From: Verrucomicrobiota bacterium
Lineage (GTDB): Bacteria > Verrucomicrobiota > Verrucomicrobiia > Limisphaerales > SXQI01
Direction: 5' to 3'
Assembly: GCA_033762115.1 (NCBI GenBank)
Contig: JANRLX010000094.1
Span: 1-32,578, forward strand
Length of the DNA: 32,578 nucleotides
Both the position numbers and the translations under genes were made by a program. The notes under the pieces are model-generated. The model saw only the letters and a program-made list of their open reading frames with translations. It did no database searches and was not told the DNA's origin. Shown here one piece after another: positions 1 through 9,067 of the stretch. How positions within the stretch are numbered: position 1 is the first letter of the stretch; each line of letters opens with the position of its first letter.

Positions 1-83
1 CTCTCCAGGTCCGCTCTTGTCACGCCGGATCCCAAAAGCATGGCTTCCGTTTGCTTCTGGTAAATGGAAAAATCCTGGGCCAT
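1..83 (-). CDS. 5' end of a gene downstream of mdh, truncated by the window edge (weak resemblance to a DeoC N-terminus)
   Basis: ATG (CAT at 81-83) directly abuts the mdh stop (84-86). Open frame MAQDFSIYQKQTEAMLLGSGVTRADLE runs to the edge. Too short to assign. Confidence 0.5.
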   Translation of the reverse strand, partial: MAQDFSIYQKQTEAMLLGSGVTRADLE

Positions 84-1073
84 TTATTTCGGCAATAAAT
101 CGCTCACCAGGGCGCGCTCCTCTTTCAATTCATTCACCGTCGCATCGATCCGCTTCCGGCTGAATTCATTAACCGGAACCCCCTGCACGATTTCCAATCC
201 CTTTCCGTTGCTCCTGACAGGAAACGAACAGATTAACCCCTTCTCGATTCCATAGGAACCGTCCGAACAGACACACACACTATGCCAATCCCCCGCTGCG
301 GTTGGATTAACGATCGAACGCACACTGTCCACCACCGCATTCGCCGCACTTGCCGCGCTCGATGCCCCTCGCGCCTTGATGATGGCCGCGCCTCGTTGCT
401 GCACAGTGCTGATGAAATCCCCCTCCAGCCATCCTGTATCACGGATCACCTCTGTCACCGGTTTCCCATTGATCCGCGCATTGTGAAAATCCGGGTATTG
501 CGTCGCTGAATGGTTCCCCCAAACCGCCAGGTTCGAAACCGCGGTTACATCCACTCCCGCCTTGCGGGCCAGCTGCGATTTTGCCCGGTTCTCATCGAGC
601 CGGGTCATCGCAAACCACCGGTCTGCGGGCACCTCTTTTGCATTGTTCATCGCGATCAGGCAATTCGTGTTGCACGGATTTCCCACCACCAGCACCCTCA
701 CATCACTCGCGCCGTTTTTCTGGATTGCCTGCCCCTGGCCGATAAAAATTTTCCCATTGATTCCCAGCAAATCTTTCCGTTCCATCCCTTGCTTCCGCGG
801 AACGCTCCCCACCAGCAACGCCCAGTTTACATTTCGAAACCCTTCATCCAGGTTCGCGGTCGGGACAATTCCCTTGAGCAACGGAAAGGCACAATCCTCC
901 AGTTCCATCACTACACCGTTCAATGCGGGCAGCGCCGCTTCAATCTCGACCAAATGCAAAATCACCGGCTGGTTCGGCCCAAACATCGCCCCCGAAGCGA
1001 TCCGAAACAACAGTGAATACCCGATCTGTCCGCCTGCTCCCGTGACTGCAACTCGTATTGGTGATCCATTCAT
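84..1073 (-). CDS. mdh: Malate dehydrogenase (NAD-dependent, MDH type 2)
   Basis: [21 protein letters not shown]ossmann motif, [35 protein letters not shown]. Confidence 0.97.
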   Translation of the reverse strand: MNGSPIRVAVTGAGGQIGYSLLFRIASGAMFGPNQPVILHLVEIEAALPALNGVVMELEDCAFPLLKGIVPTANLDEGFRNVNWALLVGSVPRKQGMERKDLLGINGKIFIGQGQAIQKNGASDVRVLVVGNPCNTNCLIAMNNAKEVPADRWFAMTRLDENRAKSQLARKAGVDVTAVSNLAVWGNHSATQYPDFHNARINGKPVTEVIRDTGWLEGDFISTVQQRGAAIIKARGASSAASAANAVVDSVRSIVNPTAAGDWHSVCVCSDGSYGIEKGLICSFPVRSNGKGLEIVQGVPVNEFSRKRIDATVNELKEERALVSDLLPK

Positions 1074-1200
1074 AAAGATGCAGCATTAAAAGGTTGAAAA
1101 CTCTCCCGCGCAAGAGCGACATCACTTCAACCCCTTTTTGGGGGCAAACTTTAAGGGAACTCCTGATGCACAACCTCCTTTCCCTTTACATAATACTCCA

Positions 1201-1662
1201 ATGAAAAATTGGGTGTGCGGGTTGTTGGCAACGGCCTTTCTGACCGGTTGCTCGAACTTCAGGCAGGACATCGTCAGGACCGAAATCGAAACCTTCCCCA
1301 GCCGCGCCAAAATCGAGGTCAATGGCAAATACCTTGGCCGCAGCCCCGTCATCGTGGTCCTGCCCCAGGCCAACCGCCAGTTGGAAGGCCGCACCATCAT
1401 CAAGGCCACTCCTGATGACGAAAATCTCCATTCCCAACTTTACATCTTCGATCCGGAAACACGCACCAATCCCATTCCCGTCCGCGTCAGCCTCGAACTT
1501 GCCCGGATTCCAGACCTTGCCACCAACGAACAACTCGCCAGCCTTGCTCCGGAAATTCCTGACCACACCCAATTCAAGTTGCCACGCAGCCAGACCCGCC
1601 ACAGTCGCGGTGGTAAACTGAACACCTTCACCACCTCCGCTCCCCCGCTGGAAAACCCATAA
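1201..1662 (+). CDS. Lipoprotein with PEGA-like domain
   Basis: ATG at 1201 gives MKNWVCGLLATAFLTGC (lipobox LTGC). IETFPSRAKIEVNGKYLGRSP matches the PEGA pattern. Confidence 0.75.
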   Translation: MKNWVCGLLATAFLTGCSNFRQDIVRTEIETFPSRAKIEVNGKYLGRSPVIVVLPQANRQLEGRTIIKATPDDENLHSQLYIFDPETRTNPIPVRVSLELARIPDLATNEQLASLAPEIPDHTQFKLPRSQTRHSRGGKLNTFTTSAPPLENP

Positions 1663-1722
1663 CCACGCCCTTACTGCTTTTCCCGTTGACCTGTCTTGCT
1701 GATTTGCGAAGCTCAGGCCCTG

Positions 1723-2250
1723 ATGCGCTCGGGCCGATTTAACCTCTGGCCGCTCATATTACTGCTGTTTCTGTGTGCTGCCGTTTCAATTTCGGCAGCC
1801 GCCAAAACCAGACTCCGCTCTGTCACCATCCCCATCCACGACTCCACAGGTAGACGACTTCTTGCCACGCTGAAAGTCGGTGAAATCGCCCAGGGACATC
1901 AAAAACGCGGTTTTTTTCGCATTGGTGCCCTGCCGCTCGTCACCTTTCATCAAGTCAGCATCCAGCTCACAGACATTTGCTCCAGCCAGGTTTCTCCCCA
2001 ACTCCCCGCCCTCCTGCAAAACCTCGCACGCGGCAAAAAATTCGAAATTGTCGGTCTCCGGATCAGGGTTGCCGATGGCCGTGCGCTTGCCGCAAAACGG
2101 GCTGTTCTCTCCGCCGATGGCGCTTCACTCCTTCTCACAGATGGCGAGTTCAACTCGACTCAGCCCATCAAATTCTCCACTGCTGTCCTGACGATTTCAC
2201 CCACCATTGCCCTCAAACTGAACTCCTCCCCCCTGCCCATTGAATTATGA
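1723..2250 (+). CDS. Hypothetical exported beta-rich protein
   Basis: N-terminal hydrophobic signal (MRSGRFNLWPLILLLFLCAAVSISA). Stop overlaps the next start (ATGA 2247-2250). Confidence 0.7.
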   Translation: MRSGRFNLWPLILLLFLCAAVSISAAAKTRLRSVTIPIHDSTGRRLLATLKVGEIAQGHQKRGFFRIGALPLVTFHQVSIQLTDICSSQVSPQLPALLQNLARGKKFEIVGLRIRVADGRALAAKRAVLSADGASLLLTDGEFNSTQPIKFSTAVLTISPTIALKLNSSPLPIEL

Positions 2251-3749
2251 AAAAACTGGCGCTTCTGATCATCACGCTTCTGCTGGCAAATGCCTCCATT
2301 TACGCCGACCCCGATCTTCTCGTCCAGCAGGGCAGGGTTGCCTTGATCCAGCGGGACATTGACACCGCTCACGCCCGGTTTGCCGCGGCTTTGGACGAAA
2401 ATCCTGCCCATCCGGAGGCGAACGCCCTGCATGCCTTCACTCGCCTCCTCAGACTGCCAAACAGCTCCCCTGCCTCAGAATTCCTCACCCAGCTTGGAGT
2501 GCCGCTTGCCGGGCGCAATGTTTACCGATGGGATGCCTCGCTCCCCAAAAATACGAACGGCGAGCCGATTTTACCGCAAAACTTGGCAGCCACCAATCTC
2601 ACCCAACAGTTCCGGAATCTTTTCCTCCCGCAACTCATCGGCGCGATGACCAACTTCGCTGCCATTACCTCTCCCGATTTTGAAATGACCCTTTCCAGCA
2701 ATGAAACCTCCTTTGGTGAAATCGTTTTTGATCATGCCGATACCCTGCTCCTCCGTTCCGCCCTAAGCGCCTTCGAATACCTCAGCTATACCCTTTATTC
2801 ATGGGATTACGATGACCTGATCTACTTGGAATTGAAAAATCTCATTGAAGGCGGCGCCACCATCGAGGTCCTGCTCCAAAATTATCCCAACCTTTTTACC
2901 GTTCGTACTCTCACCGACCTGCCCGCTGCGAAAACCGCGTTCAACCGCGCCATTGATACTTACATGCTGGCCTCAACAGCCATCCGCAATCGGGACACCA
3001 ACCTGGTCCGACTCTTCACCTGGGACCCTGAAAGTGATGAACAGGAACTTCATTTCCGGGAACTCCTGGCCGATCTGCAACTCGCCCAGTCTGCTTCACG
3101 CATCCTCACCTCTGATTCCAACGTCACGATCAACCTGGCTCCTCATTTTTCCGATGGCTTTGAACTCCGCTCGTTCCTCCCCGTTTTCATCGGCGACGAA
3201 TATCTCCTCGGAACCGCTCCGGACGAAACTTTCGGGGGCATCGTCCAGGGGATTGGCTCACATGGCGCAGATGAAATCTTCTCAATCATGTTCGATCCAC
3301 TCATCGTGATTAACAACCCAAGGGTTTCCTCAGGTGACACCTTCATTTTCAATGTCACCACCCTGGGAGATGGACAACTCGGCCTGGAAAGCTCCTCCAA
3401 TCTGGTCGATTGGGTGGAAATCCAGATCGTTTCCCTCACCAATCCAGTCGTCCAGTTGCAGGCTTCCATAGCCACCGGGCAATCCCGCTTCTACCGGGCC
3501 ATTGATTATTCCCAAACAGCATCCATCCATGGGACTGTGTTCGCTGGCGGTCCTCTTGCAGGGGCAACTGTTTCGGCAGGCGGTCGCCATACCATTTCCG
3601 GCCCTGCGGGATTCTACAGCCTGAATACAACCATTCCTTACGGTCGTGACATCACAGTGACAGTTTCCGCGCCGGGATATCAAACCAGGACAGTGACCAT
3701 CCCAGGCTCCTGGAACGGCCCCTTCGCCTTGTTTCTGACTCCGCTTTAA
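2247..3749 (+). CDS. Secreted protein: TPR-like/helical N-terminal region, Ig-like module, C-terminal carboxypeptidase-regulatory-like domain
   Basis: Signal peptide MKKLALLIITLLLANASIYA, TPR-like AHARFAAALDENPAHPEAN, LESSSNLVDW...RFYRA module, and GTVFAGGPLAGATVS...GFYSL...VTVSAPGYQT. Confidence 0.8.
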   Translation: MKKLALLIITLLLANASIYADPDLLVQQGRVALIQRDIDTAHARFAAALDENPAHPEANALHAFTRLLRLPNSSPASEFLTQLGVPLAGRNVYRWDASLPKNTNGEPILPQNLAATNLTQQFRNLFLPQLIGAMTNFAAITSPDFEMTLSSNETSFGEIVFDHADTLLLRSALSAFEYLSYTLYSWDYDDLIYLELKNLIEGGATIEVLLQNYPNLFTVRTLTDLPAAKTAFNRAIDTYMLASTAIRNRDTNLVRLFTWDPESDEQELHFRELLADLQLAQSASRILTSDSNVTINLAPHFSDGFELRSFLPVFIGDEYLLGTAPDETFGGIVQGIGSHGADEIFSIMFDPLIVINNPRVSSGDTFIFNVTTLGDGQLGLESSSNLVDWVEIQIVSLTNPVVQLQASIATGQSRFYRAIDYSQTASIHGTVFAGGPLAGATVSAGGRHTISGPAGFYSLNTTIPYGRDITVTVSAPGYQTRTVTIPGSWNGPFALFLTPL

Positions 3750-3772
3750 GCCAAGGATGTCTGCTGAAATGT

Positions 3773-4237
3773 GTGTTTGAAAACAGGGTGAAGCTTCTCG
3801 GGCTCATTCTTGCGCTTGCCTTCTGTTCCTGCCGCTCATCATTTCCACCTGCCAAATCGATCGAGACCAGGTCGGCTGTTTTGGCAGCTATTGCTCAAGC
3901 AATCGATGCGAATAATCTATCTGAAGAACTTCCGATTGCACTGACCCGTCAACAACGAGAACAACTAAAGGCTCTCACCTTTTGGGATTCTTTAAGTCCG
4001 TTACACCCTCGTTATTATGATCGCATCAAGAGCACCCAAACACGTCAGGTGGAGCGCTACTATCTAAACTACACTGGTGATATCAGCCGATCCGAACTGA
4101 TCATCCTGCCGGAGCGAGAGTTTTGGGAACCTCTAAAACTTTTGGCACAATATTATTCCCGCTTCGGCAGTCTGCCTACGGAAACGAGCCTTTCCGTTTG
4201 GATGTTGCAGGGAGCACTGGCCCAAAAATCAAGGTGA
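3773..4237 (+). CDS. Hypothetical lipoprotein
   Basis: Hydrophobic N-terminus ending LAFCSC; 23 nt after the previous gene. Confidence 0.65.
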   Translation: MFENRVKLLGLILALAFCSCRSSFPPAKSIETRSAVLAAIAQAIDANNLSEELPIALTRQQREQLKALTFWDSLSPLHPRYYDRIKSTQTRQVERYYLNYTGDISRSELIILPEREFWEPLKLLAQYYSRFGSLPTETSLSVWMLQGALAQKSR

Positions 4238-4317
4238 TCTCCATAGCTTAATTTTCTTTGTTCTGCCGCACTTGGACACCTGCGAAAATCTCAATCCTGA
4301 GCTACGTTGATCCGGAG

Positions 4318-4336
4318 GTTTACAACTTCTGTAAAC
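4318..4336. promoter_or_regulatory. Inverted repeat, candidate transcription-factor operator
   Basis: GTTTACA-ACTTC-TGTAAAC, 10 nt upstream of the hydrolase GTG start. Confidence 0.45.
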
Positions 4337-4346
4337 GCAACGATCA

Positions 4347-5201
4347 GTGGATAATTTGATTTTTAACGGAACGGCTCCGGGCGCATTTGCAACCGTTGCT
4401 GGCAATCAAATTCATTACCGCCTTTTTCTCTCGAAATCCCAAACGACGTTCATTCTCGAGCCGGGCCTGACCCTGACCTCTTCCGTTTGGGCCTGGCTTG
4501 CCCCGGAACTCGCACGCGAACACACTGTTTTGATCTATGACCGCGCTGGCCTCGGCTGGAGTGAAGAGCGGGAAGGAATTCGCGATGCCCGCCAGATTGC
4601 CACGGAACTCCATGAATTGCTCCATTCACTGGCTCTCCCCAGGCCGTTCACCCTCGTTGGCCATTCGATGGGAGCCCTGTTCGTTCGCGCTTACCACCTT
4701 CTCTACCCGCAGGAAGTCGCCAGTCTCATTTTGCTCGACCCATCTCATCCCCGGCAAATGGAACTCAGCCGCGGAATACGCCGCAAAATGCGCAATTTCT
4801 TCTTTTATCTTGAAACCGCATCCCTCCTCTCACGCGCCAACCTCATCAAAGACTGGCACGGGTCGCCGCTCGCTGCCCCTGTCAATTTGCTCCCGGCCGC
4901 TGAAGCCTCTCACCTGCGCGCCTTCTTCCAAAGCCCCGGACACCTCCGCACCAGCGCCCGCGAAGCCCGTTCATGGAAACAATCCGCTGATTTTGTCCAT
5001 CAACAAAAGCCACCCGCAATTCCAGTCACCATCATCTCCGCTCAAAAACATGCCATGCCTGGCTGGATTGACCTCCAGCATGAACTCGCTCGCAACCTCC
5101 ACGCCCGCCACCACCTTCTCACCCACGCCTCCCACATGACCCTGCTGACGGACCAATCCCTCGCACTTCGTGTTGCCTCTGAAATTCTTTCGGATCGATA
5201 A
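4347..5201 (+). CDS. Alpha/beta fold hydrolase
   Basis: YDRAGLGWS, nucleophile elbow LVGHSMG, LILLD, C-terminal catalytic-His region ASHM. Confidence 0.92.
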   Translation: MDNLIFNGTAPGAFATVAGNQIHYRLFLSKSQTTFILEPGLTLTSSVWAWLAPELAREHTVLIYDRAGLGWSEEREGIRDARQIATELHELLHSLALPRPFTLVGHSMGALFVRAYHLLYPQEVASLILLDPSHPRQMELSRGIRRKMRNFFFYLETASLLSRANLIKDWHGSPLAAPVNLLPAAEASHLRAFFQSPGHLRTSAREARSWKQSADFVHQQKPPAIPVTIISAQKHAMPGWIDLQHELARNLHARHHLLTHASHMTLLTDQSLALRVASEILSDR

Positions 5202-5317
5202 TGTTCGGCTTTGATCGATTCAATCCGCTCTATGGATCATACTTCCCCGTAATGCCCAGCTCCGCGCTGCTTTGAAATTGACTTTACCAGCTATTTTGCA
5301 AATTGTCAGGCCATCGC

Positions 5318-8300
5318 ATGGCTCAGATCGCTTCATGGGTGCGTCAATGGTTGGCACCCCCCTTTTTCCAATCTCGCGAACTGACCCAATCAGCCCAAAC
5401 CGTCCATCAGGTCCTCCAGCTCTCGATTGCCATCATCTCCGCATTCTTTGCGCTATTGATCATCTTGCAACCCGAGACCAGTCTTCAGCGGATTCAATCG
5501 TGGGCTGTTTTTACCGTCGCAGCGGCGATTCTCATTGAGATTAACCGTCGCGGATTGCCCCGCCCCGCAAGCTGGGGATTGATTATCACCATCGGCGGAA
5601 TCCTAACGATCCGGACGTTCACCTCCGGCGGGATTCATGCCCCTTCAGTCCCGCTTTATGTCGCACTGGTGCTGCTGGCCGGTTTTTTATTAGGTGAAAA
5701 GGCGGGAATTGCCACCGGCTCCATTTTCATCGCGCTCTTGCTGATCATGGCCCTGCTTGAAATCGTGGGCGCCCAGCCTCCCTCTTCACTCCAATTCACT
5801 CCCCTGACCTTGTGGCTTTTTTCCGCCATGCCCATCGCCCTCGCGCTCGTCCTGCAACAGCTGGTTTCTCGAACGCTCAGCAGCGCCCTCGACAATGCCA
5901 ATCGGGAACTTCGACATCGCCGTGAAGCCGAGCAGCGCCTGAAGCTTGCACTCGATTCCGGGCAAATCGGAGTCTGGAATCAGGAGAGCAGGCGGGGCGA
6001 ATTGATTACAGATGATTACCTTTTTGAAGTCTATCAGCTGCCGCTCTCGACAAATCGGACCATTCCTTACGCCCTCTGGCTGGACCGAGTGCATCCGGAG
6101 GATCGGGCAAAGCTTTCCGCCCTCCTGGACGGGCTATGGGAAAAGACGGGCAGCGACGAAATCGAGTTTCGAATCCTTTTCGAAAATCAGTCCGTGCGAC
6201 ACATGCTGTTAACCGGCTCAAGTGTCACTGACGAATCGGGCGCCATCAAGCGGGTCATCGGCGTCAATGTTGATGTAACCGATCGGAAGCAGGACGAAGA
6301 AAACCTGCAGAGGATGAATCGAGAATTACGAGCCCGCAGTGAAATCAATGCCGCCATCGTTCGCGCCCAGGATGAAAAGCAACTGCTCGCCGAAGTCTGC
6401 GCGATCCTCTTCAAAAATGTTGGTTTTGGCATGTCATGGGTTGGCTACGCTGAACATGACGAGGCAAAGACAGTTCGCCCGGTCGCCTGGTTTGGCGAAA
6501 GTGAAGAGTTTATCCAGTTTGGAACCATCAGTTGGGGAGATAATGAACGTGGCCAGGGTCCGACCGGCACTGCCATTCGGACTGGCAAAACAACCTGCAT
6601 CCCGGACACCCTCAGCGATCCCCGGCTTAAGCCATGGATCGGCCACGCCATCCGGTATGGTTTCAGGAGCTGCCTGAGTTTGCCTCTCAAAGAGGGCAGC
6701 GGCCGCGTTTTCGGAGCGTTCACCATCTATTCAAAGGAGGTCAATGCCTTTTCAAGCTCTGAAATCACCTTGTTGGAAGAGCTTGCCAACGAACTCTCTT
6801 TCGGGATCGGCGCTTTAAGGCTCGCCACCTCTTTGCGCGAAAGCGAACGGCAATTTGCCAATGCTTTTGAACACGCCGCAACTGGTAAAGCCATCGTTGG
6901 GCTGGATGGACGATGGATCCGCGTCAATCGCGCGCTTTGCCTGATGCTCGGCTATTCCGAAGAGGAATTATGCTCGAAGACTTTTCTTGATGTCATTCAT
7001 CCTGAAGAAATAGAGGATGCGCAGAATCTCTCCGCGCGGCTTATCGCTGGCGAGATCGACTCCCATCACGTGGAAAAGCGCTATGTGCGAAAGGACGGCC
7101 AGATCATCTGGGGATTTCTTTCCGTTTCACTGCTCCGAAACGAACAAGGAAACCCCATCCATTTCCTTTCCCAGATCCAGAATGTCACCGAGCACCATAA
7201 TGCACAGATGGAACGCGAGCGCCTTGTGGAGCATCTGGGAGAACGGGTCAAGGAACTCAAGCTTCTCCACCAGACCGCTCGCCTTCTTGAAAAAAGGCAT
7301 CTCACACTGCAAGCCCTCTTTGATGAGTGGGTCCTGTTGATTCCCCTGGCCTGGCGGTTTTCGGACATTTGCGAAGCGCGCGTCTGCTATGGCGAGTGTG
7401 AGGCGAAAACCAGCGGCTGGAAAGATTCCCCTTGGAAACAGGCCTCATCATTTACTGCGGTGGGCCAGACCGGCCGGATCGAGGTGGTTTACACGGAAGA
7501 AAAACCGGCCTTGGACGAAGGGCTGTTTCTCTCCGAAGAACAGGCGCTGCTTGATTCATTGACTGAAATGCTCGTGGGCTACCTGGAGCTGCGGGAACAT
7601 CGTGAAAAGCTTGAATCTCTCGTGGAGAGCCGAACGAAAGATCTCACCATAGCCAAGGAAATGGCGGAGAAAGCCAATCAGGTCAAAGGAATGTTCCTTG
7701 CCAACATCTCCCATGAAATTCGCACACCCATGAATGCAATCCTCGGGTATGCCCAACTCATGGAAAATGACGAATCAATCCCCGAAACCTCTCGAAAAAA
7801 CGCCACGGTCATTCGCTCCAGCGGGGATCATCTGCTTCAGTTGATCAATGACATATTGGAGATGTCCCGCATCGAGGCTGGCAGGGTCAAACTGACCGAG
7901 GAACCATTCGACCTCCACGATGCTCTTGACGAAATGAAGCACATGTTCCTGCCGCTGGTTGCTCGCAAACGCAATCAACTGACCTTTCAAATCGATCAGG
8001 ACCTTCCGCGGAATCTGTTCGGCGACATTGGTAAAATTCGGCAGGTCATTATCAACCTGCTCAGCAACGACACCAAATTTACTCAGAACGGGAGCATTCA
8101 TGTGAGAGCAGCTCTGCAATCCACCTCGGGAGCATCGTTCACCATCTCCATCACTGTGACGGACTCCGGACGCGGGATTGCTCCTGACGATATGCAACGC
8201 ATCTTTGTCGCATTTGAGCAAACCGAATCCGGAATGCGCGCCGGAGGCACCGGCCTGGGATTGACCATCAGCCGAAGTTTTGCCCGCATGATGGGTGGTG

Positions 8301-9067
8301 ACATCCTCGTTGTCAGCACTTTGGGAACGGGTAGCTCCTTCACGTTCACCTTTAATGCCACCCTGGCGACCGAATCTCCAAAACCGGCGCTAAAAACTCC
8401 CACCGGTATCCGCCAACTCCATCCTTCCCACCGTGGATGTCGAGTATTGGTCGTCGATGACATCGAAACCAATCGCGAAGTCCTTTCCGACTTCCTCCGC
8501 AGGACAGGATTCGCTGTCAACGTGGCAGTCAACGGCGAAGAAGCCATTCGAATTCATGATGAATGGCACCCAAAGCTCATCCTGATGGATTTGCGAATGC
8601 CCGGAATTGACGGAATTGAAACAACCCGACGCCTGCGCGCCAACGGCTCCACCGCCGTGATCGTGGCTCTTACTGCAAGCAGTATTCCCAATGCCCAGGA
8701 GGAAGTCCGCAAGGCAGGTGGGAATGCTTTCTTTTTGAAACCGTACAAAGAGGCCTCCCTGTTACAGGAAATCGCCAAATGGACCGGCGTTTCCTTCGTC
8801 ACTCCGGATGCTGATGAATTACTCACTGAAAACTCAACCGACATCACCCAAACTGTCTCCCTGGCAGAACTGATGAATGGGGTTTCAACCATGCTCCTGG
8901 ACCAGTTGAAAGACGCGACTCTCGAAGCCGATGTCAGCCGCGTCGAAAAATTGGCCGGACAAATTCAATCCGATCCTGCCCGTAAGCGAATCCTCTCATT
9001 CACTCGCAATTTTCAATATGATGAACTCCTCGCTGAATTCTCCAAAGTTAATTCGAATGGGCGCTGA
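5318..9067 (+). CDS. Hybrid sensor histidine kinase (about 6 TM, PAS, GAF, PAS, GAF-like, HisKA, HATPase, REC)
   Basis: RVHPEDR and VIHPEE PAS motifs, GQGPTGTAIRTG GAF, H-box FLANISHEIRTPMNAILG, DSGRGI and GTGLGLTISR, REC VLVVDD...LILMDLRMPG...KPY. ATG 5318 preferred over TTG 5303. Confidence 0.95.
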   Translation: MAQIASWVRQWLAPPFFQSRELTQSAQTVHQVLQLSIAIISAFFALLIILQPETSLQRIQSWAVFTVAAAILIEINRRGLPRPASWGLIITIGGILTIRTFTSGGIHAPSVPLYVALVLLAGFLLGEKAGIATGSIFIALLLIMALLEIVGAQPPSSLQFTPLTLWLFSAMPIALALVLQQLVSRTLSSALDNANRELRHRREAEQRLKLALDSGQIGVWNQESRRGELITDDYLFEVYQLPLSTNRTIPYALWLDRVHPEDRAKLSALLDGLWEKTGSDEIEFRILFENQSVRHMLLTGSSVTDESGAIKRVIGVNVDVTDRKQDEENLQRMNRELRARSEINAAIVRAQDEKQLLAEVCAILFKNVGFGMSWVGYAEHDEAKTVRPVAWFGESEEFIQFGTISWGDNERGQGPTGTAIRTGKTTCIPDTLSDPRLKPWIGHAIRYGFRSCLSLPLKEGSGRVFGAFTIYSKEVNAFSSSEITLLEELANELSFGIGALRLATSLRESERQFANAFEHAATGKAIVGLDGRWIRVNRALCLMLGYSEEELCSKTFLDVIHPEEIEDAQNLSARLIAGEIDSHHVEKRYVRKDGQIIWGFLSVSLLRNEQGNPIHFLSQIQNVTEHHNAQMERERLVEHLGERVKELKLLHQTARLLEKRHLTLQALFDEWVLLIPLAWRFSDICEARVCYGECEAKTSGWKDSPWKQASSFTAVGQTGRIEVVYTEEKPALDEGLFLSEEQALLDSLTEMLVGYLELREHREKLESLVESRTKDLTIAKEMAEKANQVKGMFLANISHEIRTPMNAILGYAQLMENDESIPETSRKNATVIRSSGDHLLQLINDILEMSRIEAGRVKLTEEPFDLHDALDEMKHMFLPLVARKRNQLTFQIDQDLPRNLFGDIGKIRQVIINLLSNDTKFTQNGSIHVRAALQSTSGASFTISITVTDSGRGIAPDDMQRIFVAFEQTESGMRAGGTGLGLTISRSFARMMGGDILVVSTLGTGSSFTFTFNATLATESPKPALKTPTGIRQLHPSHRGCRVLVVDDIETNREVLSDFLRRTGFAVNVAVNGEEAIRIHDEWHPKLILMDLRMPGIDGIETTRRLRANGSTAVIVALTASSIPNAQEEVRKAGGNAFFLKPYKEASLLQEIAKWTGVSFVTPDADELLTENSTDITQTVSLAELMNGVSTMLLDQLKDATLEADVSRVEKLAGQIQSDPARKRILSFTRNFQYDELLAEFSKVNSNGR

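Noticed and set aside
1131..1144. CCCC-TTTTT-GGGG hairpin between mdh and the lipoprotein gene
   Set aside because: Stem too short and low-complexity to support a call
8931..9056. N-terminal extension of the REC-kinase
   Set aside because: Overlaps the upstream kinase; ATG 9057 directly precedes the REC domain
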